DNA of 64,000 nucleotides, taken from assembly GCA_030600775.1 (NCBI GenBank), contig JAUVLI010000001.1, positions 9,230 to 73,229 of the forward strand, read 5' to 3'. Numbering within the stretch: position 1 is the first letter of the stretch; each line of letters begins with the position of its first letter. The notes under the pieces were generated by a model. The model saw nothing but the letters and a program-made list of their open reading frames with translations, was not told the origin of the DNA and searched no databases. The position numbers and the translations under genes were made by a program. Positions 57,739 to 64,000 of the stretch are shown in pieces. The DNA comes from Fidelibacterota bacterium. GTDB lineage: Bacteria; Fidelibacterota; Fidelibacteria; Fidelibacterales; Fidelibacteraceae.

Positions 57739-57778
57739 AATAATTCCTTATTTTATTTCAAATTCATTTTAGTTTATA

Positions 57779-57807
57779 AATATAACTATTAAATTTTATA
57801 AAATCAA
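57779..57807 (-). promoter_or_regulatory. candidate sigma70-type promoter of ppdK (TTGATT-N17-TATATT)
   Basis: The minus strand reads TTGATTttataaaatttaatagtTATATT about 40 nt upstream of the ATG. The spacer is identical to that of the 59156-59184 element. Confidence 0.4.
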
Positions 57808-57867
57808 GAATATTTTTTATTGGGAGATGCTATTAATAAGAAATATAAATTTTAGAAAAATACAACA

Positions 57868-59115
57868 CTAAAAATCTATTTTTATTCTATATTTATCAAT
57901 ATTATTTAATGTAAATGATAACGAATGAAATTTTTGGTCATATACCCAAATTGATGATTTATATTCAGAAAAATTATATTGCACATTAACATATTGTGGA
58001 ATCTTTATAAATATTGGATTCCCCAAAAAAATATATAATAAGTTGAATAATCCTGTTGATTCTAATCCATATCCCTGCGTATTGACACTTTCAGCGACAT
58101 CAACTGATTTGCTACCAACTCTGTAAGAAAACAAGTCCAATAGCGTAACTTCAAATCCTCTATGAACAGTTACTAAATCTGATGCTTTATTAACAATTAC
58201 ATTTTTATAAAAATTAATATCCCCAAATCCCGATTGATATTTAATAGCACTTTCAATGTTGTCTCTTGGTTTCACTAACAAATCTGAAGCGGCTAAACCA
58301 CCTTGCCATTTAAAAAAATTCACTTTGTTTTTGTATGACCAAACAACAGTAGCTGAAATACCAGTTCGTGCATATCTTGGTGATGGATCCCGATATGTTT
58401 CTCCACTAACATTGAAAACAATTTCTCCGCCAACATTGGAAATACTATATCCAAAAGTTGGCATTACCATAAGTTCAAAACTATTCAGTATACATTCTCT
58501 TTTATATGGGATAGAGAATAGAAATCCATAATCATAAAAAACATTTTTTGATTCGCTCGGAACTTCATTTCCATCAATAAGAGTAGAACCTAAAAATTGT
58601 TCAATATTTTTCCTTGTCATACCAATAGAAATATTAATTGGCATTTTATAAATATTTCCTTTGTATCCTGCCCCTATTGTAAAAGCATTTGCTAATAAAT
58701 GGGCATTAAATGTTTCCAAATCATTCCCATATTCATCTGTTCTTTGTTGTTCACCAAGATCGAGAAAAGTTTTGTGATAATTAATTACACATTTAATTGG
58801 ATATTTTTCTGGAATTATTCCGACATTCATTACATTATATTCAAAAAACATATCATCAATGCCAAGATTCTTTAACCAAGGAGTTTTCATCTTTGAATAT
58901 GAAATAGAACCTCCTTCAAACAATTCCAATCCATTTGCAGGATTGTAATAACCGGAAAACGGATCTTTTGATGGTAAACAAACTCCAACTCCTCCCATAC
59001 CATTCATTGTTGGCGATGGAGATATTAATAGAAAAATTGCACTTGCTTCACCCTGAGCAAAATTTAAACAAGGAATTAATAATAGTAGTAAAAATAGTAA
59101 TTTAATATTTCTCAT
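57868..59115 (-). CDS. PorV/PorQ-family outer-membrane barrel (T9SS-associated family)
   Basis: 415 aa with a signal peptide. The N-terminal mature region AIFLLISPSPTMNGMGGVGV matches the FLxIxxxARxxGMGxA signature of PorV/PorQ proteins as I remember it. Confidence 0.45.
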   Translation of the reverse strand: MRNIKLLFLLLLLIPCLNFAQGEASAIFLLISPSPTMNGMGGVGVCLPSKDPFSGYYNPANGLELFEGGSISYSKMKTPWLKNLGIDDMFFEYNVMNVGIIPEKYPIKCVINYHKTFLDLGEQQRTDEYGNDLETFNAHLLANAFTIGAGYKGNIYKMPINISIGMTRKNIEQFLGSTLIDGNEVPSESKNVFYDYGFLFSIPYKRECILNSFELMVMPTFGYSISNVGGEIVFNVSGETYRDPSPRYARTGISATVVWSYKNKVNFFKWQGGLAASDLLVKPRDNIESAIKYQSGFGDINFYKNVIVNKASDLVTVHRGFEVTLLDLFSYRVGSKSVDVAESVNTQGYGLESTGLFNLLYIFLGNPIFIKIPQYVNVQYNFSEYKSSIWVYDQKFHSLSFTLNNIDKYRIKIDF

Positions 59116-59155
59116 AATAATTCCTTTATTTTATTCTTCTATATTTTAGAACTTA

Positions 59156-59184
59156 AGTTTAACTATTAAATTTTATAAAACCAA
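59156..59184 (-). promoter_or_regulatory. candidate sigma70-type promoter of the PorV-like gene (TTGGTT-N17-TAAACT)
   Basis: Same 17-nt spacer ttataaaatttaatagt as the ppdK element. Confidence 0.35.
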
Positions 59185-59316
59185 TAATATTTTCTGATTG
59201 AGAAATTTTTTTGATTGACTACTTATGGAGTAAAATAACCGCGTTATTTTTTAAATTTCATTAGAAATTGAGATGTTTATTTATTCTTGCAACGGCTTCA
59301 CCATTGTACTCCAAAT

Positions 59317-60219
59317 CTAATAAATACTTTCCATATCAACTAAACTTGCAGCTCCGATCAGAGTTGCTAATTCACCAAGTTCGCTTTTTTCTATTATAAT
59401 ATTTTTACTTGGTTGTTCAAATATATTTTCTCTAATTGTTTTATCAAGTGATTTTGAAAAAAATTTCCAATTTGCAGAAATACTTCCCCCAACAATTAGA
59501 ATTTCAGGATCCAACAAATTGATTATAGGTACAAGTGTAAATGCCAGATGTTTACCAAATTCTTCAAATGTTTTTTTACATTTTTTATCACCGGAAAAGG
59601 CACCTTCGGAAATTTTTATCGGCTCGATTTGTTCACCATGCAATTTGTAATGAATTGATTTTAAACCTCTACCGGAAATATAATCCTCATAAATTCCATC
59701 TCTATAAACATTGCGACCGATCTCAGTTGCAGTTCCTGTGGCTCCATGAAGTATCGCTCCATTTAAAATATAAGCAAGTCCATAACCTGTTCCCAAAGTA
59801 ACAACAATGACATGCTCTTTCCCCTTTGCTTTACCTGCTTTTTGTTCACCTAATCCAAAACAACTTGCATCGTTATCTACAAATACAGTTAAACCAATCG
59901 CTTCTTCCAATTTATTTTTTAGAGGATAATTTCTTAATATCTTAATATTCAATGTCTCAAGAATTATTCCTGTAAATGGATTCAAAGGACCAGGCGAACC
60001 GATACCAACACCTTCTATATCTGACTTTTTATGATTGTTTTTATCAAGTAATATTTTAATTTGATTGGCAATACGCTTAACAAGTTCATCACCCGTTTTG
60101 CAATCAAAAGAATCAAATCTAATTGTTTCACCAACTATGGAACGATCTTTTCCAGATACAATTCCAACTCTTACTTTCGTTCCACCAAGATCAATACCAA
60201 TTAAATTCTTACTATTCAA
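59317..60219 (-). CDS. ROK family sugar kinase (glucokinase-like)
   Basis: 300 aa. N-terminus IGIDLGGTKVRVGIV and ...VDNDASCFGLGE... Confidence 0.8.
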   Translation of the reverse strand: MNSKNLIGIDLGGTKVRVGIVSGKDRSIVGETIRFDSFDCKTGDELVKRIANQIKILLDKNNHKKSDIEGVGIGSPGPLNPFTGIILETLNIKILRNYPLKNKLEEAIGLTVFVDNDASCFGLGEQKAGKAKGKEHVIVVTLGTGYGLAYILNGAILHGATGTATEIGRNVYRDGIYEDYISGRGLKSIHYKLHGEQIEPIKISEGAFSGDKKCKKTFEEFGKHLAFTLVPIINLLDPEILIVGGSISANWKFFSKSLDKTIRENIFEQPSKNIIIEKSELGELATLIGAASLVDMESIY

Positions 60220-61616
60220 AATGCAAAACCTCCCACTGTATTTTTTATTTTACTTTCCCAATTAGGATCATGTCTCTCGCCTCGTTTTGAACTATGCAAT
60301 AATTCATAATCACCAAAGCCATTTGGATCATAAAAAATAAATTCAGCACCACCTTCCATGCTATAATATTTCCAAATTTCATAAGGACAGCTATCGGTAG
60401 TGCTTGGTTTTTTTTCAACTTCATCCGGTATACCGTATTTGATAATTGTTCTGCCACGATCCGTAGATGGACCTTTTGTCATTGAAGTAGAATATTTGTC
60501 TATAGTGTAATTTATTCTCTGTTCAATCTTTATCCTATATTCATTTATTGCCGTTTGGGGATCGGTATCATGCTTTTCCCAAAATCCAATTAAAAATGAT
60601 TGTTTCCCAATTAAGTTACTTTTCTTAAACATTCTTTTTTCATTATTTGTCATCAGGCATTGAATATTGTTGAAAATTGAATCCAATTCACTCTTCGATC
60701 TTTCTCGCACCATTTTAGCAAAAAGATCATCTGTTGACGATTGGTCTGCTGGTCCTGTAAAATAAATTTTTTCACTAGCACTTGCTTTTTGTCCATTATT
60801 ATTATCAACAATATTCAACTTGCTATAATAAATTCCCGACTCTAAGTCAGCAATATTAAATTTGTCAATAATAATACTATAATGCCCAGGTGTATCAATT
60901 GTTTTTTTCTCAAATGTTTTAATAACTTCATTATCAAGCGACATAATTTCAAACCAATAAGTGTAGTTATTCGCCTTATTATCCAATACAGTAAGATTGT
61001 ATATTTCCGCATATATTGTAATATCACTTAATTTTTTACTATATTCTCTTTGTGCGTAAGGAATAATATCATAGATCCCAAATTTTGTAAATTTATTTTC
61101 TGCAGTCGTCTTGATTGCATACGATCCGATTTCAATATCACTAATATCTAACGAATCAGAAGAAAACGATTTAACTTGCATAGGAATTTGAAGAGTGCTG
61201 GTTTTATTTGAATATTTATCTTTTACCTTTACTACTAATTGATAATTTCCCGGTGATACACGCAACATTAATTGATCGGGAATATTCTGGTTTGATTTTA
61301 CCAAAAGCGTATCACTCGTTTCATCATTAAGTTCCATATTATTTGAAAATATAACTTTCCCATCAGAATATAATGTAGTATTAATCTGATAAGTGCCAAT
61401 AAATTCATTATCTTTCTGTTTTTTCCAAGTGAGTTGGTATCTATTTATTGAATAATAAATTTCCACAATCGATGGACCTTGCTGATCTGAAAAACTAGCA
61501 TAATCCAATGCAAAAGAGATCTCATTATTACTCGCTAAAATACTATTAGAAATTAAAATCACACCAAATAAAAATACTAACACATAATTGCTTATTTTTC
61601 CCATAATCTCTCCCAT
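60216..61616 (-). CDS. GWxTD domain-containing protein
   Basis: 466 aa with a signal peptide. The C-terminal region ...FWEKHD..., TKGPSTDRGRTIIKYGIPDEVEKKP...PYEIWKY fits the GWxTD-domain pattern, with the motif degenerate as GPSTD. Confidence 0.5.
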   Translation of the reverse strand: MGEIMGKISNYVLVFLFGVILISNSILASNNEISFALDYASFSDQQGPSIVEIYYSINRYQLTWKKQKDNEFIGTYQINTTLYSDGKVIFSNNMELNDETSDTLLVKSNQNIPDQLMLRVSPGNYQLVVKVKDKYSNKTSTLQIPMQVKSFSSDSLDISDIEIGSYAIKTTAENKFTKFGIYDIIPYAQREYSKKLSDITIYAEIYNLTVLDNKANNYTYWFEIMSLDNEVIKTFEKKTIDTPGHYSIIIDKFNIADLESGIYYSKLNIVDNNNGQKASASEKIYFTGPADQSSTDDLFAKMVRERSKSELDSIFNNIQCLMTNNEKRMFKKSNLIGKQSFLIGFWEKHDTDPQTAINEYRIKIEQRINYTIDKYSTSMTKGPSTDRGRTIIKYGIPDEVEKKPSTTDSCPYEIWKYYSMEGGAEFIFYDPNGFGDYELLHSSKRGERHDPNWESKIKNTVGGFAF

Positions 61617-61630
61617 ATCTAAATAAATAT

Positions 61631-64000
61631 TTATTCTTTGTCAAATCTTACTGAAACAATTTTAGAAACGCCTTCTTCCTGCATCGTTACTCCATAAAGA
61701 TAATTTGCTGCTTTCATTGTCATTTTATTATGAGTTACAATAACAAATTGCGTCTTGTCTGTAAAATGTGACAAAGCTTTAGTAAATCTCTCCACATTCA
61801 TATCGTCTAAAGGGGCATCTATTTCATCTAAAATACAGTATGGAGATGGTTTCACTAAATAGATCGCAAATAGAAGCGAAATCGCAGTCAGAGCCTTTTC
61901 ACCACCGGACAGAGCGCGAATTGATTTCATTTCTTTTCCCTTTGGACGAGATAATATTTCAATATCTGCCTCTAACGGATCGGAATCACCAACCAATTTT
62001 AGATCACCATCACCATCCGGGAAAAACATATCATAGGTTTTAACAAAATTTTGCTTGATTTGAGCAAATGTTTTTATATATTTTTGACGAGCTTCCTTAT
62101 CTAATTTATCTATTGTCTCAAGTATGCTCTCTTCGGCTTCCAACAAATCTTGCTTTTGTTCTTGAATGAATTTTAATCGAGTCGACTCTTCTTCATATTC
62201 AGTTTTAATTGCCATATTTATTGGACCAATAATCTCAATTTCATTTTTCAATTTTTCAATTTTTATTTGCATCTCAACTTCAGATAAATCGGATACAATA
62301 TATTCTTTCTTTAAAATATCAATCCTATAACGATCTTTTATTCTCTCTATAAGCTGATCCTTTTCCGTTTTCATTTCGTTTAATTCAATTTCTAAATCCC
62401 TTAAACTTTGAAAAACATTTTCTTGGTTTTTGTGTTTTTCCGCAATTGAATTTTCTACTTTATATATCTGCTTTTTCTTTTGTTGGTATTCGTTATTGAC
62501 CTTATTTTCGTCATTTTTAACTAAATTCAATCTATCATTTAATCTTTCCAAATCAATTTTCAATTCCTTCTGTTCCGATTCTCCTTGTTTAATAATATCT
62601 TGGAACGATTGAAGTTCTTTTTCGATAATTTTCATTCTGTTGGATAATTCTTTGATCGTGTCAATTGCATTTTGAAAACGATAATTTGTTGTCTCTTTTT
62701 CTCTCTCAATTGTAATTAATTTTATTCGTGTTTCTTGTACTTCCTGGAAATATTTATCTTTAATTCCGGTTATTTCGTCATATTTATTTTTTGCTTCATT
62801 AAATTGGGTTTCTGTTTCACCAATTGATAATTCCGCCTTTTTATTCTCTTCTATCAATTTTTTTAATGACTTTTCAATATCTTGTAACTTATAACTATAT
62901 GTTGATACTTTCTGCTCAATATTATCAAACGATTCATTATATTGCTCAATTGAAAATTCTGCTTTATCTATTTTTTTATCTGTCTCATTTTGGATATCAT
63001 TTAATTTTTTAATTTCAGTATTTATTTTCTCAATTGTTTCCTTGGTAGATAAAAGCAATTGTTGGTTTTTCCTTAAATCGTTATCTGCAAATAATATCTC
63101 TTTTTGAATTTTTGCGACTGAATTTTTTAATGATTTGATCCGCTCTTTTCTGCCAACTAAATTTTGAAACTTTGAACCACGGCCTCCTTTGATGATCCCC
63201 TTTTTATTTATATAATCGCCTTCTAAAGTAACAAAACAAAATTTATTTTCTTTTAGTAATTTACTTGGTATTTTTTGTAGTGATTTTACAATAAGCAAAT
63301 CATTTAAAAAGTAATCAATTAAAATTTTTGCTTCTTCGTTAAATTTAATAAAATCCTTTGCGTAACCAATTATATTTGCATCTTTGTTATTATATTCTAT
63401 GGATTTGGGAACAAACTTCCTTACCGTATCTATTGGAACGATCGTGAGCCGTCCCGCTTTTTTAGTGTTTATATTTTCAACAATTTCCAATGCCGCTTTC
63501 TTTGTTTCAGTTACAAGATAACCGGCAATATCACCCATCCCAACTTCAACTGCAGTCGAATACTTTTTCTCTACTTTAATTAGATCAGAAATAGTTCCAA
63601 GTATTTTCGGATGATTTATTGTCTTAATCGCATATTTTACACCGGAACTATAACCACTATAAGATTCCACCAATCCACTAAAAAACTCCATCTCGTTTTT
63701 ATTTTTATCCAATTGAGAGTTCAACTTATTGATTTGTTCTTTTTGTAGGTCAATATTCTCATCAATTGATGTTTTCTCTTTTTCAGTAGAAGACAACTTC
63801 CCTTGTATAATTTCAATTTCTTTATTTATTTTTGTCTTCTGTTTTGTATAGTTTATCTTATCTTTTTTATTTTGTGATACTTTTGTTTCTAATTCATTTT
63901 TTTGCTGATTTTGTTCTTTCGATAATTGTAAAAAATTTTCCTTTTGATCTTTTAATCTATTCTTTTTCTGTAATAATTCTGCTGCTTTTTGATTCTTTTC
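61631..64000 (-). CDS. smc: chromosome segregation protein SMC, C-terminal ~790 codons; 5' end outside the window
   Basis: Long coiled coil, hinge-like region (...GYLVTETKKAALEIV...), signature LSGGEKALTAISLLFA and Walker B ILDEIDAPLDD. The frame stays open upstream of the track start at 63796, which is a TTG, to the window edge (...KKDKINYTKQKTKINKEIEIIQGKLSSTEKE). Confidence 0.9.
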   Translation of the reverse strand, partial: EKNQKAAELLQKKNRLKDQKENFLQLSKEQNQQKNELETKVSQNKKDKINYTKQKTKINKEIEIIQGKLSSTEKEKTSIDENIDLQKEQINKLNSQLDKNKNEMEFFSGLVESYSGYSSGVKYAIKTINHPKILGTISDLIKVEKKYSTAVEVGMGDIAGYLVTETKKAALEIVENINTKKAGRLTIVPIDTVRKFVPKSIEYNNKDANIIGYAKDFIKFNEEAKILIDYFLNDLLIVKSLQKIPSKLLKENKFCFVTLEGDYINKKGIIKGGRGSKFQNLVGRKERIKSLKNSVAKIQKEILFADNDLRKNQQLLLSTKETIEKINTEIKKLNDIQNETDKKIDKAEFSIEQYNESFDNIEQKVSTYSYKLQDIEKSLKKLIEENKKAELSIGETETQFNEAKNKYDEITGIKDKYFQEVQETRIKLITIEREKETTNYRFQNAIDTIKELSNRMKIIEKELQSFQDIIKQGESEQKELKIDLERLNDRLNLVKNDENKVNNEYQQKKKQIYKVENSIAEKHKNQENVFQSLRDLEIELNEMKTEKDQLIERIKDRYRIDILKKEYIVSDLSEVEMQIKIEKLKNEIEIIGPINMAIKTEYEEESTRLKFIQEQKQDLLEAEESILETIDKLDKEARQKYIKTFAQIKQNFVKTYDMFFPDGDGDLKLVGDSDPLEADIEILSRPKGKEMKSIRALSGGEKALTAISLLFAIYLVKPSPYCILDEIDAPLDDMNVERFTKALSHFTDKTQFVIVTHNKMTMKAANYLYGVTMQEEGVSKIVSVRFDKE

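Noticed and set aside
57413-57772. 119-aa plus-strand ORF antisense to the ppdK 5' end. Similar antisense ORFs occur at 8570-8896, 22514-22834, 55330-55578 and elsewhere.
   Set aside because: These antisense shadow ORFs lie inside conserved genes. Ser/Pro/Phe-rich sequences are typical of reverse-frame translation.
61631-63796. The ORF-track boundaries for smc (start 63796) and mnmA (start 12943).
   Set aside because: The smc track start is an internal TTG, and the frame is open to the window edge. For mnmA the downstream ATG at 12964 avoids the overlap with mntP and gives the canonical N-terminus.

Overview
This is an AT-rich bacterial chromosomal segment, about 30% G+C by eye rather than computed. 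Gene content fits the FCB group (Ignavibacteriota/Bacteroidota-like): a PorV/PorQ-type barrel, a GWxTD protein, a CarboxypepD_reg TonB-dependent receptor with a DUF4249-like lipoprotein, KorAB and PpdK.

I count about 55 protein genes, mostly housekeeping and mostly on the minus strand. They include prs, ispE, cdd, glyQS, topA, korAB, mntP, mnmA, panB, trx, hflKC, rsmE, coaX, rfbBDAC, recG, asnA, lgt, glmS, add, ppdK and smc. There is one tRNA-Gln.

I see no rRNA, CRISPR array, transposase, integrase, reverse transcriptase, Cas gene or recognisable defence island. I therefore cannot point to a convincing new multi-gene system.

The parts that ordinary annotation does not explain, in my order of interest:
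1. A 776-bp ORF-free island (33006-33781) between the rfb operon and coaX. It holds at least 10 unrelated GC-cored hairpins, an internal promoter-like direct repeat and mutually exclusive pairings.
2. A 63-aa singlet histone-fold protein (46565-46756) resembling the Bdellovibrio HBb/DUF1931 type.
3. A three-gene mini-island (31266-32217) with a PD-(D/E)xK / HYExAFE-like protein and a very acidic small partner.
4. A roughly 200-nt G+C-rich, probably structured element (about 4840-5036) next to a cdd gene bracketed by inverted 12-mers.
5. A duplicated promoter/5'UTR cassette in front of ppdK and a PorV-like gene.

Smaller observations include a frameshifted esterase, an SDR gene remnant, tandem mosaic lipoprotein paralogues and short tandem repeats. 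Coordinates of features I called by hand (tRNA, hairpins, promoters, small ORFs, remnants) may be off by a few nt.
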